NCBI GenBank assembly: GCA_023663135.1
Contig: JAMPIE010000006.1
Span: forward strand, 34,170-98,169
DNA length: 64,000 nt
Source: Alloprevotella sp.
GTDB lineage: Bacteria > Bacteroidota > Bacteroidia > Bacteroidales > Muribaculaceae
Direction of reading: 5' to 3'
The notes under the pieces were generated by a model. It was not told where the DNA came from, did no database searches, and saw nothing but the letters and a program-made list of their open reading frames with translations. Shown piece by piece: positions 27,463 to 35,925 of this stretch (position 1 is the first letter of the stretch; every line of letters starts with the position of its first letter). A program made the translations under genes and the position numbers.

Positions 27463-28482
27463 TTATCGGATCAAGAACGAGAAGCGGTCGACATTTTTCA
27501 GTGCCACACCTGTTCCTTTCGACACGGCAAGGAGGGGATCCTCGGCCACATGGAACTGTATGCCAATCTTGTCGGTAAGCCTCTTGTCAAGGCCGCGCAA
27601 GAGTGCTCCGCCGCCGGCGAGGTAGATGCCGTTTTTCACAATGTCGGCATACAACTCGGGAGGGGTCTGCTCAAGAGCCGACAAGACAGCTGCCTCAATC
27701 TTTGAGATAGATTTCTCTATGGAGTGGCTTATCTCTTGGTAGGAAACAGGGACCTCCATGGGGAGGGCTGTTGTGAGATTGGGGCCATGCACAATATAGT
27801 CTTCAGGCGGATTTTCAAGCTCAGTTAACGCTGAGCCTACATTCATCTTGATAAGCTCGGCGGTGCGCTCGCCCACTCGGACGTTGTGAACTCGGCGCAT
27901 ATGCTCTCGGATATCCTCGGTGAGGTCGTCTCCGGCAATCTGGATACTCTTGTTGGAGACGATGCCGCCAAGCGAGATTACTGCAATCTCGGTGGTGCCA
28001 CCACCTATATCGACAATCATGTTACCCTCAGGAGCAACGACATCAATGCCGATGCCTAAGGCAGCCGCCATTGGCTCATAGATCATATAGACGTCGCGGC
28101 CACCCGCATGCTCTGATGAGTCTCTGACGGCGCGGATTTCCACCTCAGTAGAGCCCGAGGGAATACCCACTACCATGCGCATAGAGGGGCTAAACCATCG
28201 GCTCTTTGACGAGGCCTTTTCCACTAAGCCGCGTATCATCATCTCGGCGGCATTGAAGTCGGCGATAACTCCCTTGCGAAGCGGGCGGATGGTCTGAATG
28301 CCGGCGGGTTCTTTACCTCGCATCTGCTGTGCTTCCTTACCGACGGCAATGAGCTTGCCTGTGCGAGTCTCGATGGCCACGATTGACGGCTCATCGATGA
28401 CAATCTTATCGTTGTGGATTATGATGGTATTGGCCGTGCCGAGGTCAATAGCTATTTCCTTAGTGAGTGAGAAGATGCCCAT
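27463..28482 (-). CDS. mreB: Actin-like rod shape protein MreB
   Basis: IAIDLGTANT, EPMAAALG, VDIGGGTTE and GGGALLRGLD motifs. Confidence 0.98.
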   Translation of the reverse strand: MGIFSLTKEIAIDLGTANTIIIHNDKIVIDEPSIVAIETRTGKLIAVGKEAQQMRGKEPAGIQTIRPLRKGVIADFNAAEMMIRGLVEKASSKSRWFSPSMRMVVGIPSGSTEVEIRAVRDSSEHAGGRDVYMIYEPMAAALGIGIDVVAPEGNMIVDIGGGTTEIAVISLGGIVSNKSIQIAGDDLTEDIREHMRRVHNVRVGERTAELIKMNVGSALTELENPPEDYIVHGPNLTTALPMEVPVSYQEISHSIEKSISKIEAAVLSALEQTPPELYADIVKNGIYLAGGGALLRGLDKRLTDKIGIQFHVAEDPLLAVSKGTGVALKNVDRFSFLIR

Positions 28483-28518
28483 TTATCTGTATAGGGACGT
28501 GTGTTAAGGGTTAGTGTA

Positions 28519-30066
28519 TCAATGTTTGAAGTGACGGAAACCAGTCATGGCCATTGCCATTCCGTGGGCATCGCAGTATGCGATGGAGTCGTTGTCGCGC
28601 ACAGAGCCACCGGGCTGCACCACGGCGTCAATGCCGGCCTCGTGGGCTATTTCGACGCAGTCGGCAAAGGGGAAGAAGGCATCGGAGGCCATCACTGCTC
28701 CGTTGAGGTCGAAGCCAAATGAGCGAGCTTTCTCGATGGCCTGCTTCAAGGCATCGACCCTGGATGTCTGGCCCACGCCCGAAGCGATGAGCTGTCGGCC
28801 GGCAGCAAGCACTATGGCGTTGCTCTTTGAATGTTTTACTATCTTGTTGGCAAAGAGGAGGTCAGCCACCTTGCTGTCGGGGATCTGTGCCACGGTGACG
28901 CAACGGAGGTCGGCGGGTGTCTCGGCTTTGAGGTCTCTATCTTGCACCAGTGCGCCATTGAGTACTGAGCGGAACTGCTTTGAGGTCTGCAATGGGGCTT
29001 TCTGTATGAGGATAATGCGATTTTTCTTTTGTTGGAGGATTTCAAGAGCTTCTTGTGAATATCCGGGGGCTATTATTACCTCAAAAAAGAGTTTGCCCAC
29101 CTCGGCAGACGTCTCCGCATCTATTTCGCGATTGGCGATAAGCACTCCTCCAAAGGCGCTTACAGGGTCGCCTGCCAAAGCGGCAACCCATGCTTCGGCG
29201 AGGACGGGACGGGTGGCAAGGCCGCAAGCATTGTTGTGCTTGAGTATGGCAAAGGTGGGATCTTCGGCCTGAAATTCTGCCATGAGACTCACTGCGGCGT
29301 CAATGTCAAGGAGGTTGTTGTAAGATATCTCCTTGCCATGGAGCTGCGAGAACATAGCGTCGAAGTTGCCGTAGAAGCGGCCTTCTTGGTGGGGGTTCTC
29401 TCCATAACGGAGATGGCGGTCGCCATCGAGAGCCACGCGTAGGGCAGGGGTGGATGTTGTTTCGACCGGAGCCGTTGAGGCAAACCAGTTGAAGATATGA
29501 GAGTCATAGCCCGATGATACGGCAAAGGCCTCTGTTGCCAGGCGACGACGTTGCTCGAGGGTAGTATAAGCTCCCTGAGTGGCGAGAATGTCGGCCAGGA
29601 TGGAATATTGGCTCTGGGATGCAATGATGGCTACGTCGGCAAAGTTTTTTGCGGCGGCGCGTATGAGTGATATGCCACCTATATCAATCTTCTCAATGAT
29701 TTCGGAATGGGACGCTCCGGAGGTTACGGTGTCTTCAAAGGGATAGAGGTCAACGATGACAAGATCTATTGAGGGAATTCCATATTTATTCTGTTGGGCC
29801 TTGTCTGTTTCGTCGTCGCGGCGAGCAAGGATGCCTCCAAACACCTTGGGATGGAGTGTCTTGACGCGTCCGCCTAATATTGAGGGATAGCCTGTGAGAT
29901 CTTCTACGGCGTCACATTCAAGTCCAAGGGATTGGATGAAGGATTGAGTGCCGCCTGTGGAGAGAAAACGCACCCCTGCGGCTGCAAGGGATTTGAGTAT
30001 ATTGTCGAGCCCGTCTTTGTGGAAGACTGACACGAGGGCTGTCTTTATCTGTTTGCTGTCGGTCAT
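28519..30066 (-). CDS. purH: Bifunctional AICAR transformylase / IMP cyclohydrolase
   Basis: ALVSVFHK, GRVKTLHP, LRYGENPHQ and ASDAFFPF motifs; start ATG 30066; TACCTTTG box at 30094-30101. Confidence 0.96.
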   Translation of the reverse strand: MTDSKQIKTALVSVFHKDGLDNILKSLAAAGVRFLSTGGTQSFIQSLGLECDAVEDLTGYPSILGGRVKTLHPKVFGGILARRDDETDKAQQNKYGIPSIDLVIVDLYPFEDTVTSGASHSEIIEKIDIGGISLIRAAAKNFADVAIIASQSQYSILADILATQGAYTTLEQRRRLATEAFAVSSGYDSHIFNWFASTAPVETTSTPALRVALDGDRHLRYGENPHQEGRFYGNFDAMFSQLHGKEISYNNLLDIDAAVSLMAEFQAEDPTFAILKHNNACGLATRPVLAEAWVAALAGDPVSAFGGVLIANREIDAETSAEVGKLFFEVIIAPGYSQEALEILQQKKNRIILIQKAPLQTSKQFRSVLNGALVQDRDLKAETPADLRCVTVAQIPDSKVADLLFANKIVKHSKSNAIVLAAGRQLIASGVGQTSRVDALKQAIEKARSFGFDLNGAVMASDAFFPFADCVEIAHEAGIDAVVQPGGSVRDNDSIAYCDAHGMAMAMTGFRHFKH

Positions 30067-30110
30067 AATGAGATTAGCAATGAATTTGATTTGCAAAGGT
30101 ATGAAAAAAA

Positions 30111-30135
30111 AGGACATTGACGACAACAATGCCCT
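30111..30135 (-). terminator. Terminator upstream of the purH promoter
   Basis: AGGGCATTG-N7-CAATGTCCT then T7 on the minus strand. Confidence 0.65.
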
Positions 30136-30208
30136 CATTTTTTTCTCAAAAATATTGCGAAAAAAATTGTCGCTCGCTCCCATAGTGAAGAATTTATGGG
30201 ATGATGAC

Positions 30209-30748
30209 TTAATGCGAGATTGCAGGAGCTAAGATGGAGCCGGGAGGGAGTGCGTGAATTGGCACAATTATCATTCTGGAAGATTTTAAGGTCAGGATTA
30301 TCAGTGGAGAGGTTAGTCTCGTATCTTCTATCTCTGTAGAAGATATAATTTCTTTTCTTACTGATCGATTGTTGTCATTACTATTAGGCTGACTGTCTAC
30401 TTCCTTATCATCCAAATATTCAATGACTATGTCACCAGATTCAGTAAATTCAACTGTGTGTGGAAGGGTGGATAGGGTTGCTTCAGGAGACAACGAGAGG
30501 GATAAATACACTAAGGTCATGGCCATGGGCAGCGCTATGAAGATCATCATCATGGCCACAAGAGTCCATCTCAAGTCGGCAAGGGAAATGGATATGGCGA
30601 TAAGTCCGACTGCCACGGATACGATGGCCGCCAATGCAGTCCGTCCCATTCCTCGGAGAAAGATGGCGCAACGGAAATATGTCGATGGAGCGACTTTGAA
30701 TTGCGTCGACTTGACAGCCGAGGAGATGAAACGGACTTCTTGATGCAC
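30209..30748 (-). CDS. Hypothetical membrane protein (two transmembrane helices plus soluble domain)
   Basis: Two hydrophobic helices; co-oriented in the purA-DUF1015 unit. Confidence 0.65.
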   Translation of the reverse strand: MHQEVRFISSAVKSTQFKVAPSTYFRCAIFLRGMGRTALAAIVSVAVGLIAISISLADLRWTLVAMMMIFIALPMAMTLVYLSLSLSPEATLSTLPHTVEFTESGDIVIEYLDDKEVDSQPNSNDNNRSVRKEIISSTEIEDTRLTSPLIILTLKSSRMIIVPIHALPPGSILAPAISH

Positions 30749-30769
30749 AGGTGTACGTGTGGATATGGC

Positions 30770-32020
30770 TTAATCGTCAAGTGAGTGGATGACGAGACCT
30801 GAGCGGAGCTTAGGCTCAAACCATGTGGTCTTGGGTGGCATGATGTTGCCGGTGTCGGCTATGTCCATGAGTTGCTTCATAGAGACGGGATATAGAGCAA
30901 GTGCCATTGCCATCTCGCCGGAGTCGACGCGTCGCTTGAGCTCCCCGAGGCCGCGGATGCCTCCGACAAAGTCGATGCGTTTGTTGGTGCGCAGGTCGGT
31001 GATGCCCAGTATGTCTCGCAGAATCAGATCGGATGATATGGTCACGTCAAGCACTCCGATGGGGTCGGAGTCGTCGTATCGGCCTTCCTTGGCTGTGAGG
31101 CTATACCAGTGTCCGTCAAGATATAGTGAGAAGTTGTGGAGCTTAGAGGGGCGATATGTCTCCTCGCCCATATCTTTGACAATGAAATTATCTTTGAGAC
31201 GGTTTATAAATTGCTCAGGAGTGAGGCCGTTAAGGTCGCGCACCACACGGTTGTAGTCGATAATCTTGAGATGCGAGGCAGGGAAGGCCACGGCGAGGAA
31301 GTAATTGTACTCCTCGTCGCCCTTATGGGCCGGATTGGCCTTGGCCTTTTCAGCTCCTACGAGAGCTGCGGCAGCGGTGCGATGATGCCCGTCAGCTATA
31401 TACAGGTATGGAATATTGGCAAAGGCCTTGGTGATGCTTTCTGTGAGTTTGTCGTCGTTAATCACCCAGAAGGAGTGGCCAAATCCATCGCCGGGAGCAA
31501 TGAAGTCATATTCGGGCTCACCTTTCACTACAGTGTCAATTATATCCTGGAGCTCGGCATTATCGGGGAATGCAAAGAATACAGGCTCAATGTTGGCGTT
31601 GTTGATGCGGACATGTTTCATGCGATCCTCCTCCTTGTCGCGTCGGGTGAGCTCATGTTTCTTGATGCGCCCCTCCATATAGTCTTCCACCCATGCTGAC
31701 AAGACTATGCCATATTGAGTGCGTCCGTCCATGGTCTGGGAGTATATATAGTAATGTGGTTTGGGGTCTTGGACCAGCCAACCCTCGGCCATGAAGTGAT
31801 GGAAGTTTTCAACCGCCTTTTGATATACCTCTGGGGAATGTTCATCCTTGCCCGGGGCAAAGTCAATCTCGGGCTTGATGATATGATAGAGGCTCATGGG
31901 GTTGCCGTCGGCTTCGGCGCGGGCTTCTTCGGAGTTGAGAACGTCGTAGGGCCGGGAAGCTACCTTCTCTATCAACTCGCGTGGAGGGCGTATGCCCTTG
32001 AATGGTTTTACTTTGGCCAT
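30770..32020 (-). CDS. DUF1015 family protein
   Basis: ASRPYDV, IKKHELTR, YIADGHHR and PPKTTWFEPKLRSGL motifs. Confidence 0.88.
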   Translation of the reverse strand: MAKVKPFKGIRPPRELIEKVASRPYDVLNSEEARAEADGNPMSLYHIIKPEIDFAPGKDEHSPEVYQKAVENFHHFMAEGWLVQDPKPHYYIYSQTMDGRTQYGIVLSAWVEDYMEGRIKKHELTRRDKEEDRMKHVRINNANIEPVFFAFPDNAELQDIIDTVVKGEPEYDFIAPGDGFGHSFWVINDDKLTESITKAFANIPYLYIADGHHRTAAAALVGAEKAKANPAHKGDEEYNYFLAVAFPASHLKIIDYNRVVRDLNGLTPEQFINRLKDNFIVKDMGEETYRPSKLHNFSLYLDGHWYSLTAKEGRYDDSDPIGVLDVTISSDLILRDILGITDLRTNKRIDFVGGIRGLGELKRRVDSGEMAMALALYPVSMKQLMDIADTGNIMPPKTTWFEPKLRSGLVIHSLDD

Positions 32021-32056
32021 AATTGTGAAATGGTATTAGGTTCGTGTTAGGCAGTG

Positions 32057-33334
32057 TCAGGCGTGTGATTTTCTTTCTATGGTCTGCTCTCGGTCAGGGC
32101 CTATTGAGACTATGGTTATGGGGGTGTTGAGCTCTTTTTCAAGAAATTGTATGTAGCCCTTGAACTGCTCGGGAAATTCTTTTTCGCTCTTAATGGCAGT
32201 CATGTCGGTTTTCCATCCGGGCAGGGTGGTGTAAACGGGTTCAATGTCAACTCCGTCAAGGGTATAGGGGAAGTCAATCGTTTCTTTACCATCGATGATA
32301 TAAGAAGTGCATGCCTTGATCTCATCGAAGGTGTCAAGGACATCGCTCTTCATCATGATGAGCTGAGTCACGCCGTCTATCATGATGGCATAGCGGAGGG
32401 CCACAAGGTCGATCCAGCCGCATCGACGCTCGCGTCCGGTGACAGCGCCATATTCGTGGCCAAGGTCGCGAATGCGCTTGCCCGTGGCATCATGTAGCTC
32501 AGTAGGGAAGGGGCCTGAGCCTACGCGAGTGCAATAGGCTTTGAAAATGCCATATACCTCGCCTATCTTGTTGGGAGCCACTCCAAGACCTGTGCATGCG
32601 CCGGCAGCCACTGTGGATGATGATGTGACATAAGGATAAGAGCCAAAGTCAACATCGAGCAAAGTGCCTTGTGCACCCTCGCAGAGGATGCTCTTGCCTT
32701 CGGCAAGGAGACGGTTGACAAGATGCTCCGAATCGACTATCTCATATTGTTTGAGATACTCCACGGCGTCAAGCCAATTGTTTTCGGCATACGTGATGTC
32801 GGGCTTCTCTCCCATGGCTTTAAGTTGAGCTATATGTCTGTTGCGAGCAGCCTCATAGCGCTCTTGCCAATCGGGCAGGAGCGAGTCGCCGAGTCTGAGC
32901 CCGTTGCGGGATATCTTGTCGGTGTAGGTGGGGCCAATGCCTTTGCCGGTGGTGCCAATCTTGGCGCCCCCTTTAGCTCTTTCTGAAGCTGCGTCGAGCA
33001 GGCGGTGAGTGGGCATAATCAGATGGGCCTTGCGAGATATTTTCAGCACCTTTTTCAGGTCGATGCCCGACTCTTTGAGCTCTTCAGCCTCTTGGCGAAA
33101 GAGGACAGGGTCAAGCACCACGCCGTTACCTATTATGTTGATGTGCCCATCCTGAAATACACCGGACGGTATTGATCGAAGCACATACTTATGTCCCTCA
33201 AACTCAAGGGTATGCCCGGCATTGGGTCCACCCTGGAAGCGGGCTACGGCATCATATCGCGGCGTAAGTACGTCAACTACTTTGCCTTTGCCTTCGTCGC
33301 CCCATTGGAGGCCGAGCAATACGTCAACTTTCAT
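32057..33334 (-). CDS. purA: Adenylosuccinate synthetase
   Basis: GLQWGDEGKGK, QGGPNAGHT, EGAQG and TGRERRCGW motifs. Confidence 0.98.
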   Translation of the reverse strand: MKVDVLLGLQWGDEGKGKVVDVLTPRYDAVARFQGGPNAGHTLEFEGHKYVLRSIPSGVFQDGHINIIGNGVVLDPVLFRQEAEELKESGIDLKKVLKISRKAHLIMPTHRLLDAASERAKGGAKIGTTGKGIGPTYTDKISRNGLRLGDSLLPDWQERYEAARNRHIAQLKAMGEKPDITYAENNWLDAVEYLKQYEIVDSEHLVNRLLAEGKSILCEGAQGTLLDVDFGSYPYVTSSSTVAAGACTGLGVAPNKIGEVYGIFKAYCTRVGSGPFPTELHDATGKRIRDLGHEYGAVTGRERRCGWIDLVALRYAIMIDGVTQLIMMKSDVLDTFDEIKACTSYIIDGKETIDFPYTLDGVDIEPVYTTLPGWKTDMTAIKSEKEFPEQFKGYIQFLEKELNTPITIVSIGPDREQTIERKSHA

Positions 33335-33364
33335 TGTATGAATGATATATGAAGTGATATTAAT

Positions 33365-33889
33365 TTACGGTTGTTGTTCGATATCTGTTTTGTGACTCTC
33401 TTTTCCCTTAGATTTAACGCATTTTGCGCATAATCCATAAATGACCAATGATATATCCTTAATGTCAAAGGAGGACGGGAGGGTAAGCCCGAGACTATTG
33501 ATCGCCGAGAGGGGAGTATAGGGCTGTTTTACCTCAGCCACGCGATGGCATGAGGTGCACACCACATGGATATGGCGGTGACCAGAGCGTGTTGACCCGG
33601 CCAAATTGATTGATCGCTCATACATGGCGCCGCGATGGTTGCCTATATTGACCTTGATAAATATGCCGGCATCTACAAAGCTCGATAGAGAAGAGTAGAC
33701 GGTGGCGATGGAAAAATGTAGTCCCGAGTCGCGCAGGTTGTTATAAAGCATGGTTGCTGTGAAATGGCCCTTAAGGCTAAGCGCGGCCGTAAGAATAGAC
33801 CGACGCTCAGCAGTCTGCCGCATTTTACGACAGGCCACATGGGCATCCCATAGCTGCAAGGCTTTCATTATGGCTCTGCTTTGACTCAT
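33365..33889 (-). CDS. fur: Fur-family transcriptional repressor
   Basis: RQTAERRSIL, HFTA, SIATVY, HIHVVCTSC and CAKC motifs; upstream of purA; TAACTTTG box at 33897-33904. Confidence 0.8.
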   Translation of the reverse strand: MSQSRAIMKALQLWDAHVACRKMRQTAERRSILTAALSLKGHFTATMLYNNLRDSGLHFSIATVYSSLSSFVDAGIFIKVNIGNHRGAMYERSINLAGSTRSGHRHIHVVCTSCHRVAEVKQPYTPLSAINSLGLTLPSSFDIKDISLVIYGLCAKCVKSKGKESHKTDIEQQP

Positions 33890-33976
33890 TTGGCCACAAA
33901 GTTAATAATTTTTCTGGAATATGCCCATATGCTGATTGTAGAGCTTTTTTTTCTGCCCCAAATTCTATCTCTTATG

Positions 33977-34004
33977 TTTTCTCATAATCTCTATTATGTT
34001 AAAT
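33977..34004 (+). other. dif site (XerC/XerD chromosome dimer resolution)
   Basis: TTTTCTCATAA-TCTCTA-TTATGTTAAAT: perfect XerD arm, 6-bp spacer, XerC arm ending CATAA; intergenic. Confidence 0.9.
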
Positions 34005-34072
34005 AAACTATGGCCAAAATCAATTTATCATTACCAACAACTCATTAATTCTCTCTTTCCGACTTATTTGGC

Positions 34073-35359
34073 TCAATTACTTTCATCCATCGATGAGCGC
34101 CTGTCGAGGATACTATATTTTATCATGCGCCCGGTGGAGTCGAAGATATAAAGGATAAATAGAAGGAATATCAGGAGTGCCGAAAGCCACCGGAAGATAG
34201 ACGGTCCATCATGCGCCATCTCCGCAAGGCTGTTGTTGCCTTCAAAAAGCATGGCATCGGCAGTTGTGGTGTCAATCATTGCCATTGATCGCTTCCACAC
34301 CACTCTTCCGTCATGTAGATAAACAAGAGACATATTTCCCCTGGCAAGCTCTTTGAGTGTGGTAGACTCGGCCGTGTATACCGGGTAGGAAGCCATGGCA
34401 ATATCGGCCCAATAGTCTGCGACATCAGGTCCGCCGGCTATAAAAGCAGCCATGTCCCCTCCCCTTTCTGCCATAAACTCCTGGAGCTCATTTAAGAAAT
34501 AAGTCCATGATATCTCGGCTCTGGCGGGCTGAGGAATTACTAGAATTATCTCATCACCCTCGGGACGAATGGCATCAGCGGTGGCATCAATACCATCGGT
34601 ATTATACACTGCAAGCTCGGTCTTGGGCCAGTTCTCTTCGGGATGTTCATTGCTCTCAATAAAGGTCCATGTGGAGTCGGGTAGAGAGTCAATGGTAAAC
34701 TCTTTTCTTATCGCTCCCTTTTCATATATAAATGTAACGTCTTGAATGTCATCATCATCATCAGTATCATCTTCTATTATTAGAGAAGAGCCGACGGGAA
34801 ATGATCGGAAATCGATCATGGGCTGTATATTATAGCCATATAGCCCTACGATGAGTAGGTAGGCACCAAGAAGGGTTATGACAATCCATTGAGAGTAAGG
34901 AGTGAAGAGCGGCTGAAGCCTACTGTTGTAACGCCAAAGGAAAATTACGGCACCGGTTATGGCCAAATTTTTCCAGAATGTAGCAGCATTAGATATCACC
35001 CAAAAATCGCCAAAGCATCCGCAGTCGCTCACCGGATTTTCAATATAAATATATAAGGTGAGCGGTAGCATAAAGGCCATCATCAGGACAATGAGCCTTG
35101 GTGTCCATCGCCGGCAGCAGCCGAACAACATTAAACCACCCAGGATAAATTCGGCTCCGCTAAGGCATAGCGAGGTCATAAACACGATGGTGCGTGGCTG
35201 ATTAAGCCCCCATATATGGAGATATTCTTCAATCTTATAGACTGTGCCCCACAGGTCAATGGCCTTGCTGAGCCCTGAGATAATGAAGAGGGAGCCTATG
35301 GCAATGCGTGATATTGCCACGGCAATTTTAATGGCCTTGTCTTTAGCCTCGCTTGTCAT
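34073..35359 (-). CDS. DoxX/MauE-type membrane protein with thioredoxin-like domain (BT_3928-like)
   Basis: FIISGLSKAID, SDCGCFGD and TFWKN motifs; multi-pass N-terminus. Confidence 0.8.
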   Translation of the reverse strand: MTSEAKDKAIKIAVAISRIAIGSLFIISGLSKAIDLWGTVYKIEEYLHIWGLNQPRTIVFMTSLCLSGAEFILGGLMLFGCCRRWTPRLIVLMMAFMLPLTLYIYIENPVSDCGCFGDFWVISNAATFWKNLAITGAVIFLWRYNSRLQPLFTPYSQWIVITLLGAYLLIVGLYGYNIQPMIDFRSFPVGSSLIIEDDTDDDDDIQDVTFIYEKGAIRKEFTIDSLPDSTWTFIESNEHPEENWPKTELAVYNTDGIDATADAIRPEGDEIILVIPQPARAEISWTYFLNELQEFMAERGGDMAAFIAGGPDVADYWADIAMASYPVYTAESTTLKELARGNMSLVYLHDGRVVWKRSMAMIDTTTADAMLFEGNNSLAEMAHDGPSIFRWLSALLIFLLFILYIFDSTGRMIKYSILDRRSSMDESN

Positions 35360-35371
35360 GAATAGCGACTA

Positions 35372-35920
35372 TTATTCTGTGAGTTTGATGATGCCAAAGG
35401 TGGCATAGTTTATTATGTCAAGGTAATTGGAATCGATACCCTCGCTGACGGCAGCATACCCGCCATGATCTTCCATCTCCTTGACTCGTTGAAGCTTGGT
35501 AAGGATAAAGTCGGTGTAAGAGTTAACTCTCATTCCGCGCCAGGCCTCGTCGTAGTCATGATTTTTCTTTGACATTAGGGAGAAGGCTTCATTGGCATAG
35601 CTGTCATAGAGAGCGAGTGCTTCGTCGGCGCTTATATCAGTGTGATCAACGGGGCCGAGCGAGAGCTGAATGAGGCCGGTGATGCCATAGTTGACAATAG
35701 CGCGAAATTCGCTGAGGATATCATCGTCGATCATGGCCATCCCTTTTGTCTCTAATGATCTTATCCGTTTGGCTTTAATATAGATTTGGTCAGTGATTGA
35801 GGCCGGGCGCATGATGCGCCAACTGGCACCATAGTCTGCGAGTTTGGCGGCAAAAATCGTCCGGCAACTATCAAGAGCCTTGCGAAACTGGCGGTCGGTT
35901 TCACACGTCATTTCAGTCAT
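35372..35920 (-). CDS. DUF1599 domain protein
   Basis: Duplicated K..DYG..W motif (KLADYGASW, KNHDYDEAW) and NYLDIINY; start ATG 35920. Confidence 0.85.
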   Translation of the reverse strand: MTEMTCETDRQFRKALDSCRTIFAAKLADYGASWRIMRPASITDQIYIKAKRIRSLETKGMAMIDDDILSEFRAIVNYGITGLIQLSLGPVDHTDISADEALALYDSYANEAFSLMSKKNHDYDEAWRGMRVNSYTDFILTKLQRVKEMEDHGGYAAVSEGIDSNYLDIINYATFGIIKLTE

Positions 35921-35925
35921 AATGC

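Noticed and set aside
30067-30208. ZTP riboswitch upstream of purH
   Set aside because: The promoter box is only about 28 nt from the ATG and no pfl-motif sequence is present.
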